Shown one piece after another: positions 1 through 10,094 of a DNA stretch of 64,000 nucleotides (its first letter is position 1; each line of letters opens with the position of its first letter). The position numbers and the translations under genes were made by a program. Origin of the DNA: an uncultured Mycoplasmatota bacterium (GTDB lineage: Bacteria > Bacillota_I > Bacilli_A > RF39 > UBA660); contig URBG01000001.1 of NCBI GenBank assembly GCA_900546055.1, positions 21,169 to 85,168 of the forward strand. Direction: 5' to 3'. Below the pieces are notes generated by a model that made no database searches, was not told where the DNA came from, and saw nothing but the letters and a program-made list of their open reading frames with translations.

Positions 1-148
1 GCTATGGTGCGGTGATTGTAATTATTATTTTTGTTTATTACTTATTTAAAATTAAATAACAATGTACTTTGGAATTATTTGTCTCCTCTATTTTGTAATA
101 TAATAGAGTAGCACTATTAGTTAATATAGTGTTAAAGGAGTATATAGA

Positions 149-346
149 ATGAAAAAAGAAATTTTACTTAAGTGTTATCTTTTTTCGGTTATTGCTTTAG
201 TGTTTTCGAGTTTGGCTGTAGTCTTGTGCATTGGTTTGTCAGATATAGAACCTATTGTGAAAATTTCGTCAATTTTAGTATTTGTTTTGGGCACAAATAT
301 TCTGATGTATAATATATTTACAATATTTAAGAAAAGAGAGAGATAA
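149..346 (+). CDS. small hypothetical membrane protein (65 aa, two hydrophobic segments)
   Basis: ORF preceded by AAAGGAG RBS about 8 nt upstream; no recognisable family. Confidence 0.35.
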   Translation: MKKEILLKCYLFSVIALVFSSLAVVLCIGLSDIEPIVKISSILVFVLGTNILMYNIFTIFKKRER

Positions 347-358
347 TTTTATCTCTTT

Positions 359-1129
359 TTAATTGTTCATTAGTAAATGACTAAATAACATAAAAATAAA
401 GCCTATAATGAAAAATAGAACGGTTCTCCCCTTCCCTTTATATTTTAAGGCGGTAGGTAGAAGTTGTAGTGAGCCAATATGAATCATTATTCCAGTAATT
501 ATAGATAATATACATCCCATGATGCTATCAGTGATAATTGGTTTTAAAAATAGAAAAGCTAGAAAGGCGCCAAGTGGTTCAGCCATTCCAGATATTAAAG
601 TATATCCTATAGCCTTTTTTCGGCTTCCTGTAGCTTTAAAAACAGGAATAGAGATACTTATCCCTTCGGGAATGTTATGTAATGCAATAGCGATAGTTAA
701 TGATACGCCAAGGGTTAAATTAGCACTTGAGGATAGAAAGGTTGCAATCCCTTCGGGTATGTTATGAACGATAATTGCAATCATGGAAAATATACCTACT
801 TTGTAAAGCTTTTTGTCATAGACGTTTCCGTTGCTTTCAGGAATTAACTTATCAATTAATGATGATATTATTAACCCAATAACAACAAAACTAAGTGTAA
901 GGGCAAAAGCGTTTGTTTTATCATTGCTTTTAAGTAGTAATTTTAAACCTTCTGGAAGAAGATCTGTAAAAGAAACACTTATCATAATACCGGCAGCAAA
1001 AGCTAAAGCATATTTTGTCAATTTATTTATATCTATTTTTAAGAAAATAAAAATAGAGCCAATTAAGGTTGATAATCCGGCAATAAATGTTAGGATAAAT
1101 GGAATTATTGTATCAGTCATAAGTTTCAC
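359..1129 (-). CDS. zupT: ZIP-family zinc transporter ZupT
   Basis: Multi-pass membrane protein with repeated HNxPEG motifs (HNIPEGIA twice) characteristic of ZIP/ZupT. Confidence 0.85.
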   Translation of the reverse strand: MKLMTDTIIPFILTFIAGLSTLIGSIFIFLKIDINKLTKYALAFAAGIMISVSFTDLLPEGLKLLLKSNDKTNAFALTLSFVVIGLIISSLIDKLIPESNGNVYDKKLYKVGIFSMIAIIVHNIPEGIATFLSSSANLTLGVSLTIAIALHNIPEGISISIPVFKATGSRKKAIGYTLISGMAEPLGAFLAFLFLKPIITDSIMGCILSIITGIMIHIGSLQLLPTALKYKGKGRTVLFFIIGFIFMLFSHLLMNN

Positions 1130-1173
1130 CTATATAAACATATGAATTTTGTTACAAAAAAAGTATGACAATG

Positions 1174-2001
1174 TCATACAAATATTTCAATTATTAAGCC
1201 AACTATAGCTCCTATTAGATATAATAGGCTTATAATTTGTAGATTTTCCTTTATGTTTTTATTAGCTTTAAATAAAACTAGTAATGCTACGCCACTTCCG
1301 GTTAATAAGCCTGCAATAGTTGGTCCTAGGGTTAATATACCATTAATATATAATTCGGTGATAACCACACTAGCTGCACAGTTAGGAATTAAGCCAATTA
1401 AACTGGTTATAAATGGAGTAAACCAACTGTTTTGAGTGAAAAGATTTTTTAAAGTATTTTCACCAATATAATAAAAAGCGGTGTTTAAGATAAAGGTTAT
1501 AATAAATATAAATATAAACGTTTTTAAGGTGTGTTTTAAACTTGATTTTATGAGACTATGCTCACAATCGCAGTGGTCGTGTTCACAAATATGATAATTG
1601 ACTTTATCTTTCTTCTTAATAACTAAATCAATTACAAAGCCAAATATTATACCAATGATTAATTTAATTAATAATATTTGCAAAATAATATTAATGCTTG
1701 CATGTTCAGCAATTAAAATTGGTAACATTTCGTCACTTGTTGAAAGATAGACAGCAATTAAAGTACCTAAACTAATAATTCTTGTGACATATAGATTTGT
1801 AGCCACAACTGAGAAACCACATTGGGGGAAGATTCCTAGTATGCTACCAATAATTGGTCCAAATTTTCCGGACTTTTCGATTGTTTGTTTACTTTTTCTT
1901 GATAGTTTATGCTCAATTAGTTCAATTATTAAAAATGCGATGAATAAAAATGGTAATAGTTTTATGCCATCAACAATTGTATCTAATATAACATCTTTCA
2001 T
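1174..2001 (-). CDS. putative metal permease (DUF318/ArsP-like) with His/Cys-rich loop
   Basis: Two repeated membrane halves carrying P(Q/N)C(G/A)xSVV motifs. Central loop HICEHDHCDCEH. Adjacent to zupT. Confidence 0.5.
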   Translation of the reverse strand: MKDVILDTIVDGIKLLPFLFIAFLIIELIEHKLSRKSKQTIEKSGKFGPIIGSILGIFPQCGFSVVATNLYVTRIISLGTLIAVYLSTSDEMLPILIAEHASINIILQILLIKLIIGIIFGFVIDLVIKKKDKVNYHICEHDHCDCEHSLIKSSLKHTLKTFIFIFIITFILNTAFYYIGENTLKNLFTQNSWFTPFITSLIGLIPNCAASVVITELYINGILTLGPTIAGLLTGSGVALLVLFKANKNIKENLQIISLLYLIGAIVGLIIEIFV

Positions 2002-2011
2002 ACTCTCTCCC

Positions 2012-2704
2012 CTATCTTCTTAAGGATTTCAAATAATTTTTATCTTCTTTACTGACTTGATAAGAATCACAAATTTTACTAATTGTTTTATTGAAAGTGA
2101 ACTTGTCAAGATTATTATTCATTAAATATTTCAGTGTTTTTTGTGAAAATTTAATATAGCAGATAGATAATAACCAAGCGTTTGCCATTTTGACATAGTA
2201 GTCATCATGTTTTACATTATCGCATATTTTTAAAATTTTATCAATATTATCTTCGTTTATATAATGACTTATTAATAATGTTAAACCAAATCTTGTTTCC
2301 CAAGGATTATTTGATTTCAAGTATTTGTCAAGATAATCTATAGATATATTTTTAAATATTTTTAAATTATTGGTTGTAGTATCATTTATAGCCCAGTTAT
2401 TATTATGAGGCATAAATTCATCAATTAATTTTAAAACTTCTTCTTTATCTATTTTTAAGTATCCTAAGATAAGGCCGTGCAAAAGTTTCTCTTCATGAGT
2501 GGTATGACTATTATACTTAATGAAACCTTTATAATCGTTTTTAACGATGTATCTGGCGATTTTTCGGAGTTTGGGTATTCTTATACCAATGACTGTAGTT
2601 TTATTGTCATTTAATAGCTTTCTAGTGAAATCACGGTATGTCTCATCAGCATTACTGTATAAGTACTCTATAAGCTCTGCATACGTTTGTTTATTCCATT
2701 TCAT
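2012..2704 (-). CDS. DNA alkylation repair protein (AlkC/AlkD-like HEAT-repeat glycosylase family)
   Basis: 230 aa helical-repeat protein matching the pattern of the DNA_alkylation family from memory (…IGIRIPKLRKIA…LLHGLILGY…NNWAINDT…). Confidence 0.65.
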   Translation of the reverse strand: MKWNKQTYAELIEYLYSNADETYRDFTRKLLNDNKTTVIGIRIPKLRKIARYIVKNDYKGFIKYNSHTTHEEKLLHGLILGYLKIDKEEVLKLIDEFMPHNNNWAINDTTTNNLKIFKNISIDYLDKYLKSNNPWETRFGLTLLISHYINEDNIDKILKICDNVKHDDYYVKMANAWLLSICYIKFSQKTLKYLMNNNLDKFTFNKTISKICDSYQVSKEDKNYLKSLRR

Positions 2705-2714
2705 AGTTTACTCC

Positions 2715-3173
2715 TTAGTATAGATTGGGGTTTTCTTTAAATTCATCAAATGTTTTAATTGTCTCTTCATGATCTATTTGTATTAATTTTAAATCTTTTT
2801 CTGGATTTTTTAGTAATTCGTAAAGATAGTCATCGCGAAATCCTATTTCATCGGCGTCTTTTTTAGTGTTTCCATAATAGATAGTTTTAATGTTAGCCCA
2901 AACGATAGCTGCAAAACACATTGGACAAGGATAGCAACTTGTATATAAAGTGCATCCTGATAAGTCGTTGGTGTTTAAAATTTTACAAGCCTTTCGTATA
3001 ACGTTTATTTCGGCGTGAGCGGTTGGATCAGTGTCTTTAAAAACACTGTTATGATCTTGAGCAATAATTTGTCCTTCTTTAACAATAACGGCACCAAATG
3101 GGCCACCATTTATAAAATTTTCCTGGGCATTCTTTTTAGCTTCTTCATGAGCTATTTGCATATATTTATTCAT
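2715..3173 (-). CDS. tadA: tRNA-specific adenosine deaminase TadA
   Basis: 152 aa; HAE…PCxxC zinc-binding deaminase motifs (HAEINVI, CYPCPMC). Confidence 0.8.
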   Translation of the reverse strand: MNKYMQIAHEEAKKNAQENFINGGPFGAVIVKEGQIIAQDHNSVFKDTDPTAHAEINVIRKACKILNTNDLSGCTLYTSCYPCPMCFAAIVWANIKTIYYGNTKKDADEIGFRDDYLYELLKNPEKDLKLIQIDHEETIKTFDEFKENPNLY

Positions 3174-3182
3174 TATTAATTC

Positions 3183-4076
3183 CTACTTTCCATGAGGGTG
3201 CGCTTCTTTATAATTTTCTTTTAATTTTTCATTGCTTATGTGGGTATATATTTGAGTTGATGAAACATCGCTATGACCTAATAATTCTTGAATGCTTCTA
3301 AGATCAGCACCGTGTTTTAAAAGATGTGTTGCGAATGAATGTCTTAAAGTATGTGGTGAAAATTCAGTTTTAATACCTTGTTCTTTAGCTATTTTCTTTA
3401 ATATTTTAAAAAAGGCTTGTCTTGTCATTTTGTCACCGCGACTGCTTAGAAAAAGATAGTCACTGTTTTTCTTTTTTAAAAGGCTACCTCTGTAATATGT
3501 TATATAATCTTTTAAGGCTAAACTAGCATAAGCTCCTAAAGGAATGATTCTTTCTTTTGAACCTTTACCAAAAATTCTAACTACTTCTAGTTCTAAATCG
3601 ACATCGGTCATTTTAAGGTTAATTAATTCACTTACGCGAAGACCACTACTATACATGAGCTCTAGCATGGCTTTGTTGCGATAACCATAATTATCGGTTA
3701 TTTGAAAATCTAAAAGTTTGATTACTTTTTCTTCCGAAAGAACTTTTGGTAATTCTTTTTTAACCTTTGGATTAACAACATTTGTTAATGGACTTTTATT
3801 AACATATTTTTCGATCATTAAAAATTTATAAAAACTTTTTAAAGTACTGATATTTCTTGATACACTTTTTGCGCTCATACTTTTGTTAATGCTTTGAACA
3901 TAAGCTTTTAAATCATTATTATCAAGTGATTTTAATGTTTTTTTTTCTTTGATGAAATGTTCTTTAAATTTTGAAAGGTCATTTTGATATGAGACAATGG
4001 TATTTTTGCTGTATTTTTTCTCTAACAGTAAATAACTTTCAAAGTCTTCTATTTTTTTTTCATACTCTGTTTCCAC
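3183..4076 (-). CDS. tyrosine site-specific recombinase, XerC/XerD family
   Basis: C-terminal HTLRHSFATHLL…LLGHSDVSSTQIYTH catalytic motifs (R…HxxR…Y). Confidence 0.8.
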   Translation of the reverse strand: METEYEKKIEDFESYLLLEKKYSKNTIVSYQNDLSKFKEHFIKEKKTLKSLDNNDLKAYVQSINKSMSAKSVSRNISTLKSFYKFLMIEKYVNKSPLTNVVNPKVKKELPKVLSEEKVIKLLDFQITDNYGYRNKAMLELMYSSGLRVSELINLKMTDVDLELEVVRIFGKGSKERIIPLGAYASLALKDYITYYRGSLLKKKNSDYLFLSSRGDKMTRQAFFKILKKIAKEQGIKTEFSPHTLRHSFATHLLKHGADLRSIQELLGHSDVSSTQIYTHISNEKLKENYKEAHPHGK

Positions 4077-4160
4077 ATTACCACCCTATATTAAATTTTA
4101 ACAGAATAATTTTTAAAATTCAACTTAATTACTTTATTGTTATGTTTTTTGCTGTGTTTG

Positions 4161-4169
4161 TGATATAAT
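4161..4169 (+). promoter_or_regulatory. extended -10 element (TGaTATAAT) upstream of 4205 ORF
   Basis: TGnTATAAT at 4161-4169, 36 nt upstream of the ATG; no well-spaced -35. Confidence 0.3.
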
Positions 4170-4204
4170 TACATTAATAATTTAGATGAAGGTTTGGTGA
4201 GAGT

Positions 4205-4879
4205 ATGTTTTGTGAAAAATGTGGTTCAAAAATTCAAGAAGGTTCAAGATTTTGTCAAAATTGTGGCCATTTATTAGAACCAATTAACCAGATTCCAATG
4301 TCACCTAGACGTCAAGGAATGAGTACAGGCGCAATTGTGGGATTGGTTATTGGTGGAGTATTTGTTTTTATTATAGCAATGAGTTTTATATTTTGGGCGG
4401 TTGGGTTAACAGCTTATGTAGGCAATGAAATTGAAACAGAGGAAACAATGGATAAAGGATACGTCAATTTAACTTTAGATAATACAAAGTTATCTTTTAG
4501 ACTTCCTAATGGATATCATGAATCTGATGGCAATACGGAAGATTATAAGGAATATGAAAACGTATTTGGCGATTACCTTATTTATTATTTGGATTATGCT
4601 TATGACGATTATTATAAAAATGAGAAAATATACATTAAAAAGATATATGATACGCAGTATCCTAACCAAAATACTTTAAATGAGTATAGTACGAAAATTA
4701 ATGGAAAAGATACAATGGCATTTTATATTGATTATAAAGAGGATGGCTTTACTTACAGAGTTACTTATGTCTTCTACCCTATTAATGATGATTATTATGC
4801 GACTATTGTTCTTGGAATTGAAGATTTATCAAAAGACGATTTAGGTAAGTATATTAAGCTTGAAAATATGAATTTATAA
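4205..4879 (+). CDS. zinc-ribbon domain membrane protein
   Basis: N-terminal CxxC…CxxC (CEKCGSKIQEGSRFCQNCG) followed by a TM helix and an extracytoplasmic domain. Confidence 0.55.
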   Translation: MFCEKCGSKIQEGSRFCQNCGHLLEPINQIPMSPRRQGMSTGAIVGLVIGGVFVFIIAMSFIFWAVGLTAYVGNEIETEETMDKGYVNLTLDNTKLSFRLPNGYHESDGNTEDYKEYENVFGDYLIYYLDYAYDDYYKNEKIYIKKIYDTQYPNQNTLNEYSTKINGKDTMAFYIDYKEDGFTYRVTYVFYPINDDYYATIVLGIEDLSKDDLGKYIKLENMNL

Positions 4880-4929
4880 AGCGAATATATTCGCTTTTTA
4901 AGTACTGTTTTAATTAGACATATTATATT

Positions 4930-5595
4930 TTGGGATTTAAAGTAGAAATGGAAGTAAGTTATATGAGAGAAAAATTTAAAGATTATTTGAATAAGGATCA
5001 TACTTTTGATAAAAGTACAATGGTTGGAATAATTTGTTTAATCGTTGTTATTGCGGGAGTGTTTGGATTTTTATATGAATTTGTTTTTTACTTTTTTAAT
5101 AGCGGCATGAAGGAATTTTATTGGCGAGGCGGTAATTTTTTACCTTGGATTAATATATACGCGATTGGTGCGGTTATGATATTTTTGTTAACTTATAGAT
5201 TTAGGAAAAAACCATGGCTGATTTTTTTAATCAGTGTTGTTTCTAGTGGTATATTAGAATATATTGGTGGCTGGGGCATGGAACAGTTTAATGATGTTAA
5301 GTGCTGGGACTATGATTCAGAAATTTTAAGTTTTGGAAGTATTAATGGTTATGTTTGTTTACGAAGTGTTTTAGTATTTGGTTTTTCTAGTTTGCTATTA
5401 ATGTATTTGATTGTTCCCTTTTGCTTTTATTTAGCAAAACATATCGATAAAAAAGTTTTTTTAGCGTTTAGTTATACTTTGTGTACAATCTTTTTACTCG
5501 ATGAACTTTATAATTTAGTGTTTGCTAATTTGTTCTCATTACCTAGAGCATCAGTTATTTATAAAGCTTTGGGTTTCAAATATTTATATTTTTAG
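4930..5595 (+). CDS. hypothetical polytopic membrane protein
   Basis: About 5 hydrophobic helices; start uncertain (the Met at 4963 is also possible). Confidence 0.4.
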   Translation: MGFKVEMEVSYMREKFKDYLNKDHTFDKSTMVGIICLIVVIAGVFGFLYEFVFYFFNSGMKEFYWRGGNFLPWINIYAIGAVMIFLLTYRFRKKPWLIFLISVVSSGILEYIGGWGMEQFNDVKCWDYDSEILSFGSINGYVCLRSVLVFGFSSLLLMYLIVPFCFYLAKHIDKKVFLAFSYTLCTIFLLDELYNLVFANLFSLPRASVIYKALGFKYLYF

Positions 5596-5610
5596 CTTTT
5601 AAAATATATA

Positions 5611-5640
5611 AAAAGCATAGTTTTAGTTTACTATGCTTTT
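5611..5640. terminator. rho-independent terminator hairpin
   Basis: aaaagcatagt…actatgctttt 11-bp stem followed by T-run, directly after the 4930..5595 ORF. Confidence 0.5.
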
Positions 5641-5734
5641 ATGTTGGGTAAATTTTATGGTTATTACGTTTAAAGAATATTTGCTTAATTTACTTATTAT
5701 GTTATAAATGTTATAATTTATAAAGGTGATGTTT

Positions 5735-6943
5735 ATGAAACCTTTAGCGGATATGCTTCGTCCAAATACTTTAAATGATATTGTTGGACAAAGACATCTT
5801 ATTGGAGAAAACAAAGTTTTAAGAAATTTAGTTAATAATAAAAAAATATTTTCAATGATTTTATATGGCCCTTGTGGAACTGGAAAGACAACTTTGGCTT
5901 ATACAATTATTAATGAATTAAATTTGGAATATGGTTTTTTAAACGCGGTTATAAATAGTAAAAAGGATTTTGACGAAATGGTAACTAAAGCGAAGGAAAT
6001 AGATGGCTTTGTTTTAATTATGGATGAAATTCATCGTTTAAATAAAGACAAGCAAGATTTGCTTCTTCCCTATCTTGAAAATGGAATTATTACTTTAATT
6101 GGAATGACAACGGCTAATCCATATCATTCTATTAATCCAGCAATAAGAAGTAGATGTCAACTATTTGAACTTAAACCTTTAGAAATTTCTGATATTAAGG
6201 AAGGACTTAAAAAGGGATTTGAGCATTTGGATAAATTATCAATTGATGAAGATGCTTTAGATTATATTGCTTCTTTGGCTGGTGGCGACCTTAGATTTGC
6301 ATATAATTTGCTTGAGGTGGCATATTACTCTTCTTCGGATTTTAAAATTGATTTAGAGTTACTTAAAAAGATAAATAATAAACCTAACCTCTATATTGAT
6401 AAGAATGATGATGGTTATTATGATGTAATTAGTGCTTTGCAAAAATCCATTCGTGGTAGTGATGTTGATGCAGCTCTTCATTATTTAGCAAGATTAATCG
6501 AAGCTGATGATTTAGATATTATATTTAGACGTTTGAGTGTTATTGCTTATGAAGATATTGGTTTAGCGAACCCAAGTATTGGTCCAAGATTAAATGCTTG
6601 TATTATGGCGTGCGAACGTTTAGGTCTTCCAGAAGCGCGTATTCCTTTAGGTGAAATAGTTATTGAAATGGCTTTATCGCCTAAAAGTAATAGTGCTTAT
6701 ATGGCAATTGATGCAGCATTAAATGACATTCGTAAGGGCAATGTTGGTAAAGTTCCATCACATATAAAAACTAATTCTAAGGATTATAAATACCCACATA
6801 ACTATAAAGGGAGTTTTGTTAAACAGCAGTATTTACCGGCTGAGCTAGTTGGAAGAAAATATTATATTCCTAAAAATACTAGTAAATATGAATGCAGTAT
6901 TAAAGAAATTTACGATAAGCTTGAAAGAGTAAAAGAAAATTAA
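5735..6943 (+). CDS. rarA: replication-associated recombination protein A (RarA/MgsA AAA+ ATPase)
   Basis: Walker A GPCGTGKTT, LIMDEIHRLNK and C-terminal MgsA helical domain. Start moved to the ATG at 5735, which has an AAGGTGA RBS. Confidence 0.9.
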   Translation: MKPLADMLRPNTLNDIVGQRHLIGENKVLRNLVNNKKIFSMILYGPCGTGKTTLAYTIINELNLEYGFLNAVINSKKDFDEMVTKAKEIDGFVLIMDEIHRLNKDKQDLLLPYLENGIITLIGMTTANPYHSINPAIRSRCQLFELKPLEISDIKEGLKKGFEHLDKLSIDEDALDYIASLAGGDLRFAYNLLEVAYYSSSDFKIDLELLKKINNKPNLYIDKNDDGYYDVISALQKSIRGSDVDAALHYLARLIEADDLDIIFRRLSVIAYEDIGLANPSIGPRLNACIMACERLGLPEARIPLGEIVIEMALSPKSNSAYMAIDAALNDIRKGNVGKVPSHIKTNSKDYKYPHNYKGSFVKQQYLPAELVGRKYYIPKNTSKYECSIKEIYDKLERVKEN

Positions 6944-6966
6944 AAAGATAGAGATTTCTATCTTTT
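6943..6966. terminator. bidirectional terminator between convergent rarA and holA
   Basis: aaaagataga / tctatctttt 10-bp stem, 4-nt loop, flanked by A/T runs. Confidence 0.55.
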
Positions 6967-7890
6967 TAGTATGAATAATTCTAAGGCTAGATCTTTATCG
7001 GTTTTGCCAGTTTTGATATCGATATCAATATTGGCTAGTTCTGACAAATAAGTTAGTAAGGTTTTACTATCGTAACTTCGACTATTTTGAATTGCTAATT
7101 TAACACGGTAAGGATGTATTTTTAAAATGCTAGCAATATCTTTTTCTGACAATCCTTTTTTTAATAATTGTTTTGATTGATACATGATACGAAATTGGTT
7201 AGAAAGCATAATAATAATTTTTATTGGTTCCTCATTAACTTTTAGCATTTCATAATATATTTCTAAGGCTTTATCTTTGTTATCCTTGACAATATAATCA
7301 ATTAGTTTAAAAATATCAATATCGATAGTTTTAGTAGTTAGATTTATAATGTCATCGTTTGTAATATTTATATCACTGTCTTTATATATTTTAATTTTAT
7401 TTATTTCATTTTCGAGAATTAAGGGATTGGCGCCTACTCTATCGATCAACAAATTGATTGTTGCTGGTGAGATGTTATAATCTTTGAAATTTCTTTTAAC
7501 AAGATCTATGGCATTAATATTGTCATTAAAACTTTTAACGGTCCCCTCTTTTTTGATAGTTTTAGTTATTTTTTTGCGCTCATCAATTTTTTCGTTGTTG
7601 ACGGTGAAAATTAAGGTGGTGTTAGGATTGGAATTTTTTAGATATTCCTCAATTATCTCGGCATCTTTACTTGTACTACCAGTAAACATATTAGCGTTTT
7701 CACATATTACTAGTTTTTTTTCATCAAATAAAGAAATTGTTTGACAATCATCTATAACATCTTTAATAGAATTATTATCTAAATCATAGTAACTGATATT
7801 AATTGGGTTGAATGTTTTTTGAATTGTTTCTATCTCTTTTTTTATTAAAAATTGTTTAGTTCCGTAAAATAAATACAACATTGTAATCAC
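6958..7890 (-). CDS. holA: DNA polymerase III delta subunit
   Basis: 310 aa; N-terminal LYLFYG…delta-like AAA+ lid pattern; size and position typical. Confidence 0.7.
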   Translation of the reverse strand: MITMLYLFYGTKQFLIKKEIETIQKTFNPINISYYDLDNNSIKDVIDDCQTISLFDEKKLVICENANMFTGSTSKDAEIIEEYLKNSNPNTTLIFTVNNEKIDERKKITKTIKKEGTVKSFNDNINAIDLVKRNFKDYNISPATINLLIDRVGANPLILENEINKIKIYKDSDINITNDDIINLTTKTIDIDIFKLIDYIVKDNKDKALEIYYEMLKVNEEPIKIIIMLSNQFRIMYQSKQLLKKGLSEKDIASILKIHPYRVKLAIQNSRSYDSKTLLTYLSELANIDIDIKTGKTDKDLALELFILKR

Positions 7891-7971
7891 CTAAATTTTC
7901 TATTTAATTTATTATACCAAATTTTTATATACTTGGTCTAGGGTATGTTAAAAAGTCACTAGAAAGTGACT

Positions 7972-9402
7972 TTATGATTTATCAATTTCAAAATAGAATG
8001 TGCTTCCTTTTGATGAACTACTAACACCATATTTGCATTTATGATTTTGAAGAATGTTTTTAACGATGGATAGACCAAGTCCGGTTCCATATTCATTGCG
8101 CTTATGTTTTTTATCGCTATGATAATATTTATCCCAAATATATTTTAAATCTTCTTCTTTAATGCCGGCCCCAGAGTCTGCAATTTCGATTAGATATGTA
8201 TTTTCTTTTTCGGTAATACTGACGGTAACTTTTTTATCTTTTCCAGTATAATTGATGGCATTATTTATTAAATTGTAAATAACTTGATATATTCTTTTTT
8301 TATCAGCTAGAACATTCGCTTCTTTTGGATGCTTGAAAACAAATTTATAGTTTTCTTTTTCGGTTAAAATAGCAAATCTTTTGATTATTTGATTAGTTAA
8401 TTCTACGAGATTAAATTCTTCATATGTTAATCCTGATTCACTGTTTTGCAAAGCTGATAAGTCTAGAATATCATTAACTAATAGATTTAATCTATCGGCT
8501 TCATTAATAATGGTATTAAGATTTTCTTCGCGTTTTTTCTTATTTTTATAAGTTAAATCACGAACCATTTCGGCATAGGCTTTAATCATGGTTAATGGTG
8601 TTTTTAAATCATGAGAGACATTGGCCATCAAGTCACGTTTTAGTTCTTCTGTTTTTGATAATTCTTGTCTGGTGTAGTTTAAAGTATCAACTAATTCATT
8701 TATCTCATATATATCTTCATTTGATGAGAAAATTACATTGTAGTCGCCTTCTGCTAATTTTTTGGCATCTTTACTAATTTTAGTAATTGGTTTTGAAAGT
8801 TTTTTGGAAATGAAGTAGCCAATAACAAATGAGAGAATTAAAACAACTAAAGTAACATATATTAATTGACTTTGAAGGATTGTAATTGTACTATCCATTG
8901 GAACTAGTGATGCATTAACAAAAGCGTAAGTACTATTGTCTAATTTTAAAGCGTATATTAACGTTTCGTTTTGAAACTTGTTGTTAATTAGATTGTACTT
9001 TTTTTGGTTTTCTCCGCTTCTAATAAAATCTTTTTTAACATCAAAATTTCGATTACCAAATTCCATACAGCCTTGATTGAAATATGTTCCGTTGTAATTA
9101 TTGGTGTTTTCGTTATATATTTCTATACAAATGCCATTTTTCATAGCAATGCTTTCTAATGAATCGAGGTTATTTTTTTCATAATCTTTTTTTAATTCCT
9201 CTGCAGCGTTGTTTAATTCTTTGGTCTTATAATGTTCATAATAACTATCTAGGAATACTATTTGGAAAAACCATAGAAAACCTAAAATTAGTACAGAAAA
9301 AATAATGAGAAAAAGCCAGATATTAGTGGCCATACTGTTTTTCTTTATTTTTTGACTAATAAGGCTTTTAAATTTTTTTAAGTTAGTTTTTATCTGTGAC
9401 AA
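7972..9402 (-). CDS. sensor histidine kinase (two TM helices, extracytoplasmic loop, HisKA+HATPase_c)
   Basis: H-box SHDLKTPLT, N-box NLINNAINYT, G-boxes DSGAGI / GTGLGLSIV. Confidence 0.9.
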   Translation of the reverse strand: MSQIKTNLKKFKSLISQKIKKNSMATNIWLFLIIFSVLILGFLWFFQIVFLDSYYEHYKTKELNNAAEELKKDYEKNNLDSLESIAMKNGICIEIYNENTNNYNGTYFNQGCMEFGNRNFDVKKDFIRSGENQKKYNLINNKFQNETLIYALKLDNSTYAFVNASLVPMDSTITILQSQLIYVTLVVLILSFVIGYFISKKLSKPITKISKDAKKLAEGDYNVIFSSNEDIYEINELVDTLNYTRQELSKTEELKRDLMANVSHDLKTPLTMIKAYAEMVRDLTYKNKKKREENLNTIINEADRLNLLVNDILDLSALQNSESGLTYEEFNLVELTNQIIKRFAILTEKENYKFVFKHPKEANVLADKKRIYQVIYNLINNAINYTGKDKKVTVSITEKENTYLIEIADSGAGIKEEDLKYIWDKYYHSDKKHKRNEYGTGLGLSIVKNILQNHKCKYGVSSSSKGSTFYFEIDKS

Positions 9403-10051
9403 ATTTATAACCTACTCCTCTAACGGTGATAATTAAATCACGGTATTTTCCTAAATTATTACGAAGCATTTTAATGTGAGTATCGACAGTGCGGTCATCC
9501 CCGAAGAAATCATAGCCCCAAAGATTACTTAAAAGTTGTTCCCTTGATAAAGCAATATTTTTGTTTTTAACAAAATGACAAAGCAGTTCATATTCTTTTG
9601 GCGTAAGTTTTAGTTCTTTATTGTCAATATAGACACTATGAGCGTCGTAATTAATGGTTAGGTCATCATACACATACATATTGTCTAAATTGGTTCCACA
9701 GCGCTTTAAAATGGCTTTTATGCGAGCAATTAGTTCCTTTGGACTAAAGGGCTTTGTTAAATAATCATCGGTGCCTAAATCGAAGCCAGCTAGTTTGTCA
9801 TATTCTTCGGTTCTTGCAGAAAGAATAATGACGGGAATATTATTAATTTTTTTCATTTCTTTTAAAAATGTTAAACCGTCCATTTTTGGCATCATAATAT
9901 CTAAGACGACTAAATCTATTTCATTGTTTTTTATTATTTCTAGAGCTTCTTTACCATCTTCAGCTTCTAAGGTTTCAAACTTTTCATTTTTAGCGTATTC
10001 AGTAATAACGTCTCTAATTAGTTTTTCGTCATCAACAATAAGTAGTTTCAT
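9383..10051 (-). CDS. OmpR-family response regulator
   Basis: Receiver domain (DDE…D…K) plus winged-helix C-terminus; overlaps the kinase by 20 bp. Confidence 0.9.
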   Translation of the reverse strand: MKLLIVDDEKLIRDVITEYAKNEKFETLEAEDGKEALEIIKNNEIDLVVLDIMMPKMDGLTFLKEMKKINNIPVIILSARTEEYDKLAGFDLGTDDYLTKPFSPKELIARIKAILKRCGTNLDNMYVYDDLTINYDAHSVYIDNKELKLTPKEYELLCHFVKNKNIALSREQLLSNLWGYDFFGDDRTVDTHIKMLRNNLGKYRDLIITVRGVGYKFVTDKN

Positions 10052-10094
10052 AATCTTACCTCCTAATATAATTATATATTAATACTGTGATTTT

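Noticed and set aside
519-1145. Plus-strand ORFs 519..767 and 831..1145 inside the zupT coding region, and the many similar antisense or overlapping ORFs in the track (for example 1253..1435, 1784..2023, 7484..7744, 8595..8777, 9771..10082, 10129..10332, 11616..11951, 15157..15519, 16244..16450, 21712..21912, 23438..23906, 24332..24538, 25182..25370, 26088..26747, 28141..28380, 29298..29567, 29989..30664, 30942..31193, 31467..31661, 32946..33155, 34015..34842, 35573..35800, 40517..41092, 42035..42547, 44414..45016, 45797..46036, 46629..47150, 50140..50322, 51667..51870, 52166..52957, 54799..55410, 59546..59749, 62120..62784, 3971..4168, 4795..5001, 5623..5814)
   Set aside because: They lie opposite or out of frame within long ORFs that carry recognisable domains. 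Their compositions are low-complexity and typical of shadow ORFs in AT-rich DNA, and they have no RBS support.
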